Shown: positions 48,856 through 58,426, counted from the first letter of the stretch. The stretch: 64,000 nt of DNA from Spirochaetota bacterium (GCA_050298055.1 JBNKTL010000027.1:1487-65486), one strand, 5' to 3'. The notes: generated by a model from the letters alone, not told the origin. Numbers and translations are program-made.

Positions 48856-49890
48856 CTACCGGAAGGGCATGGGGTAGATAAGCCCCCCGTCCTTCCAGAG
48901 CTTATTGGGGCCCCGGGGAATATTTATCCCCCCGGGACCGAGGTGTCTCTCATAGACTTCCCCGTAATTTCCCACACTCTTAATGACCTTGACCATGAAG
49001 TCCCGGGGCAGTCCCAGGTTCATGCCCATCTTCCCGGTCACCCCCAGGAGCCGCTGTATCCCGGGATGATCGCTCTTGAGCATTTTATCGATATTCTTTG
49101 AAGTGACCCCGAGCTCCTCCGCTTCCATCATGCCGAAGCAGACCCACCGGACAACATCGTTAAGCCTGTTGTTCCCGTGGGCGGTCAGGGGCCCCAGGGG
49201 CTCCTTTGACAGTGTAACATCAAGGATCACATGGTCCCCGGGGTTTTTCATTGATGAGCGGAGGGCCGCAAGCTGGGACTTGTCCGAGGTTTCCCCGTCA
49301 GCCTGTCCCTTCTCATAGGCGGTGTTGGTGTCCTGGGTACTCTCAAAGAGGAGCGGCCTGTACCTGATCTTCTTTGCCCTGAAGACCTCGGCCAGGTTCA
49401 TCTCGGTTGTTGTGCCGGAAGTGGAGGCAATTGTGGCGCCGGCCATCTCCTCAAGCTTCTTCCAGCCCCTGGCTTTTCTGACCATCATCCCCTGGCCGTC
49501 ATAAAAGGTCACCGCGGCCCAGTCCAGTTCATTGACCGTGTCCCGGGTAAGGGTCCAGGTGGTGTTCCTGATCAGGACATCCACCTCACCTGTCTGAATG
49601 GCCGGAAGCCGGGCGGCCGCCGTCAGCTGCCTGAACTCCACTTTACCGGGATCGCCGAAAAGGGCCGCCGCCAGGGCCTTCCCGAAATCCACATCAAATC
49701 CTTCAAAGGTGCCCTCTTTGCTGAGGTAACCGAAACCGGGCAGTTCCGCGTTGCATCCCACAATGATCTTTCCCCTCTTTTTAATAAGAGAAAGCCTGTT
49801 TCCTTTCCCGGCAGTTTCCCCGCCGCAGGAATCAATGAGAAAAACAAGCATAATAAGTGATGTGATAAGCGCAGTTAATCTTCCCCTCAT
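48856..49890 (-). CDS. aapJ: Amino-acid ABC transporter substrate-binding lipoprotein (AapJ/BztA-like)
   Basis: GFDVDF..ALAAALFGD, GEVDVLIRNTTWTLTRD, FYDGQG, SKEPLGP, VGNYGEVYERHLG. Confidence 0.92.
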   Translation of the reverse strand: MRGRLTALITSLIMLVFLIDSCGGETAGKGNRLSLIKKRGKIIVGCNAELPGFGYLSKEGTFEGFDVDFGKALAAALFGDPGKVEFRQLTAAARLPAIQTGEVDVLIRNTTWTLTRDTVNELDWAAVTFYDGQGMMVRKARGWKKLEEMAGATIASTSGTTTEMNLAEVFRAKKIRYRPLLFESTQDTNTAYEKGQADGETSDKSQLAALRSSMKNPGDHVILDVTLSKEPLGPLTAHGNNRLNDVVRWVCFGMMEAEELGVTSKNIDKMLKSDHPGIQRLLGVTGKMGMNLGLPRDFMVKVIKSVGNYGEVYERHLGPGGINIPRGPNKLWKDGGLIYPMPFR

Positions 49891-49917
49891 TCTCTCCTCC
49901 TGGAATATTCTTTATTT

Positions 49918-50062
49918 GTAACTACTCAGCTCTGCATAAACAGAGACATGTTAATGAATAAAACACAACTGGTGTGTCCCCGCCGCCTTCGGCGGCGGGG
50001 ACACACCAGTTGTTGATATTTTATTAAAAATGAATATTTTACTCATATAGCTGAGTAGTAAC
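49918..50062. mobile_element. MITE-like element copy D (best preserved)
   Basis: GTAACTACTCAGCT ... AGCTGAGTAGTAAC; core ACAACTGGTGTGTCCCCGCCGCC-TTC-GGCGGCGGGGACACACCAGTTGT; flanks CTTTATTT / CTTTATAT. Confidence 0.9.
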
Positions 50063-50193
50063 CTTTATATAATAGATTGATATTATTGCGGCAAAATTAG
50101 TCAAGAAGAAATGAGGGATACCGAATAGTGTTAATCGAGCCGGATATTTTCCGGCCCGGAGGGACATCCTCAGAGATGCCATGCAGGATTATT

Positions 50194-50433
50194 CTACTTC
50201 TTGAACTTGTTCACCAGGAAAAGAAGAAGCAGCGCGCCGCCGGTGGCAATAAGTATTGAACCGATAATGTGAGTGGATGTAATACCGAGTATTCTGAACA
50301 CGATACGGCCGATAACCGATCCTGCCACACCTATCCCAATGTTCATGAGAGGCCCGTATCCGCTCCCCTTCCATAACAGGCCCGCAATATATCCTGCTAT
50401 CGCACCGACAATAATAACAGTTATAAGCCACAT
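50194..50433 (-). CDS. GlsB/YeaQ/YmgE family membrane protein
   Basis: IIVGAIAGYIAG, NI.IGVAGS.IG, I..AT.GA.LLL; AGGAG RBS. Confidence 0.88.
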   Translation of the reverse strand: MWLITVIIVGAIAGYIAGLLWKGSGYGPLMNIGIGVAGSVIGRIVFRILGITSTHIIGSILIATGGALLLLFLVNKFKK

Positions 50434-50670
50434 AATTTTTACTCCTTGTTATATATGATAATAACCAACTATAACATCCGTGTGCTGTCATGACAATTAT
50501 ATTTTATGCTTATTGCCACATAACGACATTTTTTTTATTTTTCCGGAAAATTTATTGAAATTAATATTTTATCTGCATATAAAGTGTATTACAGTACCAA
50601 AAAAATAATGCTCCGGACAGGTTCATGAGGATTAAAGCTTTTTTTTATAGAGGGACTGGTTTGTACCACA

Positions 50671-51798
50671 ATGAGTAATGATCTCCAGATACTTTTTCAG
50701 AGGGTCCTTGTCAACTCCCTCAGCACAGACCAGGTATACTACCTGGGGAAGGTACATGACCCCGATTTCAACATGCACAGAATTCTGAATATCAGTGAAA
50801 GGCTTCCCATACCCCGGCAGACAGCGGCACAGGTGCTTACTGATTACTTCAAGAATGAAGAGGAGATCGTCAGGCTCTTCAACTACCTCCTTGTTCATGA
50901 CGGGAAACGGTTCAACAAGGAGACACTCCACATATGGAAAAGAGACCAGTTTATCAGCCTGCTGGCCAAATACAAGTGGATCCATGATGATGAGATAGAT
51001 GTTTTCCTGCGGGACCCCTTTTACGAACAGGAGATCAACCTGTTAAAGAAAATCAAGCTTATCGACCTCCGGCATGACTTTCCCTATGATGAAATCATAA
51101 AAGAGATAACCGCGGCAAGCAAGAAACTCAGCGTAAAGGACCTGGAGTGGAGAGTCACGGCCCGTCTCTACGACATCGAGGGGAGGATCGGGGAACTGAT
51201 AAGAAAGATCATCAGCCTCCTCCTGGCCCGGCAGAACCTTGAGATTCTTACGCCGGAGATCTACACCTGCCTCAAGGAACTGGCCATCAACGCAAGCAAG
51301 GCAAACTATAAAAAACTCTATGACAAACATATTACGTCAAAAGACGGATTAACGGAACAAAACGATTACCACAAGTTCCTGAAAATGTTCAGGGACGAAA
51401 TCAGCGAACACGGAAACACAAACCTCCTTGAACTTGCCCGGAAAGAGGACCAGTTCATAAACATCATATTCCAGTCAACAATCGACAGCATCGGGATATG
51501 GGTAACAAATAACGCGAATATATCAGTTGTTGAAAAACGGCAGCTCCTCAGCAAGCTGAAGGGCCATATCTTCGATGACAACAGCTTTGAGAACCTGGAT
51601 GACGACCTCATGGAGGGAGCGGGCTTCGGCATCAATCTTATACTTAACGTTCTCCGCCAGTATACCGAAGGAAAGGAACCGCTGCAGGTTGTCTTCTATC
51701 CCGATTTTATCAAGGTCGGTTTTTTTCTCCACAGGTCTCACATGGCCGAGAGAATAAAAAAGATGTTCGAAACCGATCTTGACGGGGAAGATCTCTGA
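50671..51798 (+). CDS. Hypothetical protein with a degenerate HATPase (GHKL)-like C-terminal domain
   Basis: ELAINASKAN (N-box-like), EGAGFGI (G2-like); no HisKA histidine. Confidence 0.65.
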   Translation: MSNDLQILFQRVLVNSLSTDQVYYLGKVHDPDFNMHRILNISERLPIPRQTAAQVLTDYFKNEEEIVRLFNYLLVHDGKRFNKETLHIWKRDQFISLLAKYKWIHDDEIDVFLRDPFYEQEINLLKKIKLIDLRHDFPYDEIIKEITAASKKLSVKDLEWRVTARLYDIEGRIGELIRKIISLLLARQNLEILTPEIYTCLKELAINASKANYKKLYDKHITSKDGLTEQNDYHKFLKMFRDEISEHGNTNLLELARKEDQFINIIFQSTIDSIGIWVTNNANISVVEKRQLLSKLKGHIFDDNSFENLDDDLMEGAGFGINLILNVLRQYTEGKEPLQVVFYPDFIKVGFFLHRSHMAERIKKMFETDLDGEDL

Positions 51799-51812
51799 CT
51801 GCTCTTTTTGAC

Positions 51813-52754
51813 CTACCGCACCCTCTTCAGGTAACCGGACGGGTTCTGCGTGACCAGGTGCTTCTCCCGGGAGCGGTCGATAATGAAATCATCTGTTTTT
51901 TTCAGGAATTCCTCAACTGCTTCCCACGGCCCTTCTCCCGGGACAGAGATGTGACGGTTGGGATGCCCGCCAAGGTGTGTATCCTGTACGATAATATAGC
52001 TTCCCGGGGAAACAAGGGGTGAATAGAGTTCAAGCTCCCTGAGGACATGACTCTTTGTGTGCCGGGAATCCAGGGTGACAAGCACCTTCTTTCCCTTCAC
52101 CTTCTCCGCTATCATCCACACAAGCCCCCCGGCTGTTGAATCGGCCTGGTAGAACTCCACCCGCTCCTTCCAGTTCCTCCGAAGGGAGGCCTTTTCCACA
52201 AGGTTTTGAACATCAATGGTTATGACCTTTCCCCCGCTGTTTACCTTCCCGAGGATGTCCGCATAGAAGAGTGTTGTGGCGCCGGTAAATGTTCCCGTTT
52301 CGATAATGAAGTCGGGTTTAATGTCTGATATGATCTCCTGCATTACCCAGTTGTCTGCGGGATACTGAAGAGAGAGCATGCCGAGATACCTGCTCTTATA
52401 CGGTTTCGTACCGTAGTAGATCTTCCTGAACCTCTTTATCACGGCATCATCACCCGTTTCACTGCTGTAATGGGCCAGGAGTATTGTCAGGAGGCACAGG
52501 GAGAGGAGGAGTTTGAGCCGGAGAAGGCTCTTCTCCTTCGGCCCGGTCCCTTCTCCTGGACTTTTGTCAAACGTCATTGTGAGCAGTGACAGGAGGAAAA
52601 GAAAAACCGAGAGGATCAATACCTGTCCCGGCTTTACCGGGAGATAAGCGGAAACAGCCTCCCCGCGGCCGGTTAAAATAAGTCCCAGGCAGAAAAGGGA
52701 GGCAACCAGTGCCCCCGCGGTCAGCATGTTTGACAGCATTTTCACAGGTATCAC
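51813..52754 (-). CDS. CmcI (cephalosporin hydroxylase)-family methyltransferase with three N-terminal TM helices
   Basis: QYPADNWVMQEII..IKPDFIIETGT..G, VLVTLDSRHT..HVL.EL.LY, GSYIIVQDT, NPSGYLKR. Confidence 0.88.
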   Translation of the reverse strand: MIPVKMLSNMLTAGALVASLFCLGLILTGRGEAVSAYLPVKPGQVLILSVFLFLLSLLTMTFDKSPGEGTGPKEKSLLRLKLLLSLCLLTILLAHYSSETGDDAVIKRFRKIYYGTKPYKSRYLGMLSLQYPADNWVMQEIISDIKPDFIIETGTFTGATTLFYADILGKVNSGGKVITIDVQNLVEKASLRRNWKERVEFYQADSTAGGLVWMIAEKVKGKKVLVTLDSRHTKSHVLRELELYSPLVSPGSYIIVQDTHLGGHPNRHISVPGEGPWEAVEEFLKKTDDFIIDRSREKHLVTQNPSGYLKRVR

Positions 52755-52910
52755 TAAAGAGAAAGTTACGGAGCTGTCAATGATTTATCCGGCTTTCTGT
52801 ATTGTTTATACTTTGTCCCGATTTTTTCTTGCAATAAAAGAACAGGTTGATTAATAAGAACTACCCTTAAGAAAAGAGCAGAACCATTTTTAACCACAGG
52901 CTGATTGACT

Positions 52911-53537
52911 ATGAAAAAACTTATACGTCCGTTTCTGATAATTCTTCTCCTTCTGCCCCTTCATGTGTGCGGAAGGGAACCCGGTCTCTCCCTGATCAGG
53001 GAGGGGGACATCATTTTTCAGGAAAGCCGCTCCGCCCAGTCAAAGGCCATCAGGCTGGCAACAAAATCACGATATACCCACACCGGGATAATATTCAGGA
53101 ACCGGAACGGGTTATACGTCCTGGAAGCCGTCGAACCTGTCCGCGTTACCGGAATCCGCAGCTTTATCAGGAGGGGCATCAACGGACACTTTGTCGTAAA
53201 GAGGCTGAAAAACCGGGACCGGCTTCTCACGAAGAAAACCATTGAGAAGATGAAGAAATCCGGCAGAAAATTCATCGGCAAAAAGTATGACATATACTTT
53301 GGCTGGAGCAACGAAAGGATCTACTGCAGCGAACTGGTCTGGAAGATCTATAAGGAAACAGCAGGCGTGGAAATCGGAAAACTGCAGAAACTGGAGGATT
53401 TTGATCTCACGCATAAATACGTAAAGGATTTGATGAAGAGACGGTATGGAACAAGGATCCCCTATAAAGAGAAAGTCATATCAGTCTCAACAATGTTTCA
53501 TTCCCGCAACCTTGTGACAGTCCTGGAACATAACTGA
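52911..53537 (+). CDS. YiiX-family permuted papain-like amidase
   Basis: GDIIFQ.S.S.QS.AI..AT.S.YTH.GI, VLEAV.PV, YD..F.W....IYCSELVWK.Y. Confidence 0.9.
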   Translation: MKKLIRPFLIILLLLPLHVCGREPGLSLIREGDIIFQESRSAQSKAIRLATKSRYTHTGIIFRNRNGLYVLEAVEPVRVTGIRSFIRRGINGHFVVKRLKNRDRLLTKKTIEKMKKSGRKFIGKKYDIYFGWSNERIYCSELVWKIYKETAGVEIGKLQKLEDFDLTHKYVKDLMKRRYGTRIPYKEKVISVSTMFHSRNLVTVLEHN

Positions 53538-53675
53538 CGGCCAGGGTTATTTCGCTCTTTTATGAATTAAATAATACTTGCAAATTATCTTACTGCTTAT
53601 ATACTGTTCTCACAAAAATCAGAAACTTGCACTCAAATATTTTTCATAGATGCATCTTTAATAGTTAATGATCCC

Positions 53676-54350
53676 ATGCCCGTTTTCACTTTATCAGTCA
53701 TAATAATAACCGTTATATCCTCTCTGGCAGGTTTTTCAAATGAACAGGTTTTTAAGAGGGGACTCTTTTCTGTAAAGTCAGTAACCAGGGAGAAAGAATA
53801 TTATCGCTTGATAACCTCACAGCTGCTGCATGTAAATTATATTCACCTGGCCTTTAACATGTTTAGTTTCTATTCGTTTGCCGAAACCCTTGAATTATTA
53901 TTCGGGATGAAGTTAACTGCCGCCGTCTACTTATGCAGCGCTTTAGGGGGGGATATTCTTGCACTTGCAATACGCAGAAAGCAGTCGCATTATACGGCAG
54001 TGGGAGCATCCGGCGCTGTGAGCGGTATTATCTTTTTATCTGTTTTTCTTCTTCCCGATATAAAGATATTTCTTTTTCTCTTCCCGGCTCCCCTCCCCTC
54101 ATGGCTGTTTGCGATTCTCTTTATGGCCGTATCCCTCTACGGTATGGGAAAAGGCACCTCACATATCGGGCATGAAGCACATCTCGGCGGAGCTCTCACG
54201 GGAATTGTGTGGGCCGTACTCTACAACCCGGATATAATCCACGACCGGACTTTACTCTTATTTTCTCTGACCGTTCCCGTGATAATTCTTATCATTCTCT
54301 TTATCAAAAAACCGGATTATATGAAAAACATAATCCGGTCTGAAAAATAA
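53676..54350 (+). CDS. Rhomboid-family intramembrane serine protease
   Basis: YRLITS..LH....HL.FNM, GASGAVSG, HEAHLGGA. Confidence 0.92.
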   Translation: MPVFTLSVIIITVISSLAGFSNEQVFKRGLFSVKSVTREKEYYRLITSQLLHVNYIHLAFNMFSFYSFAETLELLFGMKLTAAVYLCSALGGDILALAIRRKQSHYTAVGASGAVSGIIFLSVFLLPDIKIFLFLFPAPLPSWLFAILFMAVSLYGMGKGTSHIGHEAHLGGALTGIVWAVLYNPDIIHDRTLLLFSLTVPVIILIILFIKKPDYMKNIIRSEK

Positions 54351-54448
54351 CCGGACAAAAAAAAGAGTTAATTTTTTTTCGGTCTCAACAGTATTAATAG
54401 AGAAAGCCATATCAACACGATATCTCAATAAAAGTAAAGGAGTATAAG

Positions 54449-54820
54449 ATGATCAACATTAAGGATATTGAAGAGGGAGTTATGATTGAGGTCAATGAAT
54501 TCAACTATCCTCTGGGAAACCTGATAAACGATGTCATAATTGCCGGGAAGGGGCTGACGGAGAAAGAGGTGTATAAATATGCTTCAAACATTGCCGCCTC
54601 TCTGTTCATGGATGGGTATATTAAGTTTCAAAAGTCATCATATGAACAAACAGGTGATGACTCCTATCAATTAATCTCAAGCAGAGAACTTAATGAAGAA
54701 GAGATTAACTATCTTTTAAAGGGATCTGATAACTGGGATGAAAAAACAATCATGTCCCCGGATGAAGTATTTGAATTTTCCGTTACGGAAAAGGGAAGGT
54801 CCTATTTCAACAGCGCTTAA
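54449..54820 (+). CDS. Hypothetical acidic protein (possible winged-helix tail)
   Basis: AAGGAG RBS; 123 aa ending FSVTEKGRSYF. Confidence 0.7.
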   Translation: MINIKDIEEGVMIEVNEFNYPLGNLINDVIIAGKGLTEKEVYKYASNIAASLFMDGYIKFQKSSYEQTGDDSYQLISSRELNEEEINYLLKGSDNWDEKTIMSPDEVFEFSVTEKGRSYFNSA

Positions 54821-54850
54821 AGTAATATGATGAAATTGCTCTCTCATGCA

Positions 54851-55165
54851 TCACCGGGCGGATATTCTCTGTATTATCCCATAGATCATAAAAGCAAAGG
54901 CAATGAGGAATGTGACCCGGTTGATCCCTGAGAGTTTTTTCAGGAAGACCACCTGGTCCGGTTCAAAACTCTTGCCGCCCACGGCGGAAGAATAACATGC
55001 GGGACTTCATGATGAGGGAGGGGCCCCGGCAATCTTTATGTGCCATACGGATGACCATACATGTACCAGAAGATTAATGGCCGCAAGAGCTCCCGGGACC
55101 GGCGACCCGTTCTGGATAAGCACCACAGGGGCAATGACACAGATGAAATAGTGAATAAAGAGCAT
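54851..55165 (-). other. Small membrane-protein ORF with one in-frame TGA (pseudogene or selenoprotein candidate)
   Basis: GAGGA RBS, ATG at 55165, TGA at codon 53 (55007-55009), then 51 more in-frame codons with a TM segment up to TGA at 54851. Confidence 0.5.
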
Positions 55166-55309
55166 ACTTGCTGATCCTCACTCTTCTCTTCCCGGGACAG
55201 AAGCTCGTTTTTCCGCTTAAGTATGAATTGAGCGGGTTATTTCGTCAACCGGAAAAAAGGAAAAAGCTTTATCGATATATGGGCAAACTGTGGTGTTGAT
55301 AATTCCTGT

Positions 55310-56239
55310 TTACCTGCCCTCACCTCTGAACCGTGTGGGACTTACACCCACCTTACTCCTGAACAGCCTGCTGAAATACTGGGGATATTCGAATCCCAGC
55401 TCACAGGCAATCTCGTTTATAGATGAGTCTGAACCGATGAGCATATCCTTGGCCTTCTCCAGGAGGTGGAAATGGATATGTTCCTGGGTATTCTTCCCGG
55501 TCTCGCTCTTCAACAGGTCGCTGAAGTAGTTGGGTGTGAGGTTCATCCGCTCCGCACAGAGTTTTACCGAGGGGATACCTGAAGTCCGGAGCTTCCCCGA
55601 TGTGATATAGGAGGTGACAAATTCCTCGAACCGGGCAATGATGTCCCTGTTCCGGTGGGTCCGTGTTAAAAACTGTCTCCCGTAAAAACGCCTGCAGTAA
55701 TTCAGGAGAAGTTCGATATTCGATACCATGAGATCCCTGCTATGGTGATCGATATTGGTATTATACTCTGTCTCGATCTGACCGACAAGGGTCAGGAGGG
55801 TGTTTTTTTCATCCTCCGAAAGGTGGAGGGCTTCGTTTTCCCCATAGCTGAAAAAGGTATAATCCTTGATCTTTTTCTCAAGGGACGTCCCGCGAATAAA
55901 ATCGGGGTGGAAGTAGAGCCCCCATCCTTCGGTCTCCTCTACTTTGGCTTCCCGCCGGTAATGGATAACCTGGTCCGGTGCCATACAGATGAGGGTCCCC
56001 TCCCCGTGATCGAACTTCTCCCTCCCGTAGATGAAACCACAGTTGGTCTTGTAGTTTACCGAGTAAAAACTGAGGATAAAACTGGCGGAATCGGGGCCAT
56101 CCGCCTCCTCTACCTTTGAATAGTCAACGATGGTAACCAGGGGATGTTTCGGTTTTCCCAACCCCGCGATTTCATGGAGCTGGCTGATGGTTTCAACCCT
56201 GAATATTCTGTCACCGCTGTTATCCTTATCTATTGTCAC
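55310..56239 (-). CDS. AraC-family regulator
   Basis: PKHPLVTIVD, FHPDFIRGT.L, FFSY..NEALHLS, PNYFSDLLK.ETGK, IA.ELGFEYPQYFSRLF. Confidence 0.93.
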   Translation of the reverse strand: MTIDKDNSGDRIFRVETISQLHEIAGLGKPKHPLVTIVDYSKVEEADGPDSASFILSFYSVNYKTNCGFIYGREKFDHGEGTLICMAPDQVIHYRREAKVEETEGWGLYFHPDFIRGTSLEKKIKDYTFFSYGENEALHLSEDEKNTLLTLVGQIETEYNTNIDHHSRDLMVSNIELLLNYCRRFYGRQFLTRTHRNRDIIARFEEFVTSYITSGKLRTSGIPSVKLCAERMNLTPNYFSDLLKSETGKNTQEHIHFHLLEKAKDMLIGSDSSINEIACELGFEYPQYFSRLFRSKVGVSPTRFRGEGR

Positions 56240-56320
56240 TGGTACACTCCCCGGTATTTTCTATGGTAATCACTCCCCGCTACCGATCAATCAATTTTTT
56301 TCATCGGCGGCACGGTTTAA

Positions 56321-57007
56321 TCAGGCGGGGATCTTCCCTGTAATCTTAACTCCCCGCAGAAGGAGCCAGGCACCCATTGCAAGTTCAACAATGGCACTGG
56401 GTGAATAGAAGATGACCTGGTTTGCCGGCCGGGCGGCAAAAGCAGGGGCAAAAAGATATATAACCGAGTGAATGAAAATGAGAACAAATGACAGCATCCC
56501 CAGGAGGGAGAGTGACCGGGGTATTAACCGGGACCGGTAGAAGAGGTAAAAAAACAGCGTCATGTTGATACCGAGGAATACCATGGGTATGGCAAAGAAC
56601 CCGGCTATGTTCACCAGGAGAGTTCCCGCCAGATGAACATCGTATGCCAGGGCGATAAAGGCAATCAGCACGAAAGAAATAATCGCCGACACCTCCACTG
56701 CCTTCAGCACCAGCGCCCCCCGGGCAATCCCCTTCCCCCTCTCCTGAAGGAGGGTATAGAGGGAAACAGCCAGGAAAACCAGCCCAATCCCCATAAACAG
56801 CTCAACTATCATGCCGGCACGGAAAAGGAGTTGGTTTTCCCCGATCAACCTCGCCGTGGCGGAAGCATCCCCCGGGACCATGATAACCGGGAAGACCAGG
56901 ACCCAGTTGAGTATGGGCACCAGGAAACAGAGAGGAAAGAGAATACCTGCAGCCCGCACCGCGCCATCCTTCTTCACTGTATAAGACATGTTGTCCGATA
57001 AATTCAT
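56321..57007 (-). CDS. DUF4386-like membrane protein
   Basis: R.AG.L, A..T...I..N..LFR.G, SRLIPR.L..LG, E...G.WLL.RG. Confidence 0.8.
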   Translation of the reverse strand: MNLSDNMSYTVKKDGAVRAAGILFPLCFLVPILNWVLVFPVIMVPGDASATARLIGENQLLFRAGMIVELFMGIGLVFLAVSLYTLLQERGKGIARGALVLKAVEVSAIISFVLIAFIALAYDVHLAGTLLVNIAGFFAIPMVFLGINMTLFFYLFYRSRLIPRSLSLLGMLSFVLIFIHSVIYLFAPAFAARPANQVIFYSPSAIVELAMGAWLLLRGVKITGKIPA

Positions 57008-57067
57008 ATTAAGACCTCCTCTGTAATTTTTTCAGATTCAACATACCAATTTTCAGGTTAATGTAAA

Positions 57068-57100
57068 TAAACGGATTACCTTTTGTTTTATACGAATTAC
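57068..57100. promoter_or_regulatory. Putative AraC operator (direct repeat)
   Basis: TAAACGGATTAC and TATACGAATTAC with 21-nt period, upstream of the DUF4386-araC pair. Confidence 0.45.
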
Positions 57101-57347
57101 TTATTTTTAAAACTATTGTTACGAAAGACTTTCCGATAATAAAGACCAGGCTTTATTGATTGATGTTGTTTTGAAAGTAAATCTACCGGTTCCTTGATCT
57201 GCACCGGTTTTATGCCCTTATCTTAATACAATAGATTCTGAAATTATTTTCTTATTAAAAAACATTTTACATTAATAATAGATCGATATAGTCATGTAAT
57301 TTTTGGACATCTTATCTATAAAATATTAGTCTGGAAATAGACAAAAA

Positions 57348-58367
57348 ATGAAATGGCCAACAAAAACGTCAATCTATATGCTGAAATTACTGATCGGATT
57401 TGCCGAAAGCAGGGGGATGGAAAGAAAAAATATACTCAGTTCAATAAATATTTCAGCGGATACCCTCAAGAATGAAGATTCTCTTATACCGGCACAGGTA
57501 TTCAACGATGCATGGACTCTGCTGTCCAATAAACTCAATGATAAGCACTTTGGCCTTCACTTCGGTGAATCCTTCGCCATTAACGCCCAGGGCCACTTTA
57601 TATTTACCCTGATGAAAAACAGCAGAGACCTTGAGTCTGCAATAAAAGCATACTATCGTTACCATAACCTTTTGACAAATTTTGTCACTCCTGCGCTTAT
57701 CATAAATGATACAGATGCCGTAATGAAATGGGATAGTGCCATCGAAGGGGAATCGATTCCCCGGCATATGGCAGAATCCATATTAAGCCTTCAGGCCACT
57801 CTCCTTTACCGGTTAACAAATGAGAAAATTCAGATTAAATCAATCAGCTTCTCTCATGATGCACCGTCAGACTTCAAAGAATATGAGAGAATTTTTAAAA
57901 TAAAGCCAAAATTCAACGGGAAGACAAACCAGTTAATATTTGATAAAAAGGAATTGATGCGGGAATTTCCCCATGCAGATCACCAATTCGGATCATATTT
58001 GCGGCATTATGCTGAAAATACCGAACAGCGCCAGAATGCGGCAACAGGCTATTCCCACAGGATCACCTATTCATTGAAGAAATCGATACTTGATGGTACC
58101 GTTTACTCCCTGGAAACCGTTGCAGATCTTTTGGATATGAGCGTGCGGCAGCTCCAGTATAAGTTGAAGGAGGAGGGAACCAGTTACCAGGAGCTGCTTG
58201 ACAGTGTAAGAAGTGATATTGCAAAGCACCTTCTCGAACAAAAGGATATCTTTATGTGCGATATTGCTTTCATGCTGGGGTTCTCCGAACAGAGTTCATT
58301 CAACCACGCCTTCAAGAAATGGACAGGGTCCACTCCCGGTGCTTTCCGAAATCAACAAATAAGTTAA
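57348..58367 (+). CDS. AraC-family regulator (Arabinose_bd_2/OruR type)
   Basis: FGLHFG, SFSH.AP...EY..IF, MSVRQLQ.KL.EEGTSYQ, IAFMLGFSEQSSFNHAFKKWTG.TP. Confidence 0.93.
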   Translation: MKWPTKTSIYMLKLLIGFAESRGMERKNILSSINISADTLKNEDSLIPAQVFNDAWTLLSNKLNDKHFGLHFGESFAINAQGHFIFTLMKNSRDLESAIKAYYRYHNLLTNFVTPALIINDTDAVMKWDSAIEGESIPRHMAESILSLQATLLYRLTNEKIQIKSISFSHDAPSDFKEYERIFKIKPKFNGKTNQLIFDKKELMREFPHADHQFGSYLRHYAENTEQRQNAATGYSHRITYSLKKSILDGTVYSLETVADLLDMSVRQLQYKLKEEGTSYQELLDSVRSDIAKHLLEQKDIFMCDIAFMLGFSEQSSFNHAFKKWTGSTPGAFRNQQIS

Positions 58368-58378
58368 AGCAGAGATTA

Positions 58379-58410
58379 AAGATGCTCCACCCGTGCAGGG
58401 GGAGCATCTT
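58379..58410. terminator. Stem-loop between convergent genes
   Basis: AAGATGCTCC ... GGAGCATCTT. Confidence 0.5.
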
Positions 58411-58426
58411 CCGCATTACAGACCGG

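Noticed and set aside
15872-50062. Repeated hairpin elements as a CRISPR array or riboswitch
   Set aside because: Copies are dispersed kilobases apart with no repeat-spacer periodicity and no cas genes. Terminal inverted repeats, mixed orientation and unrelated downstream genes fit a MITE better.
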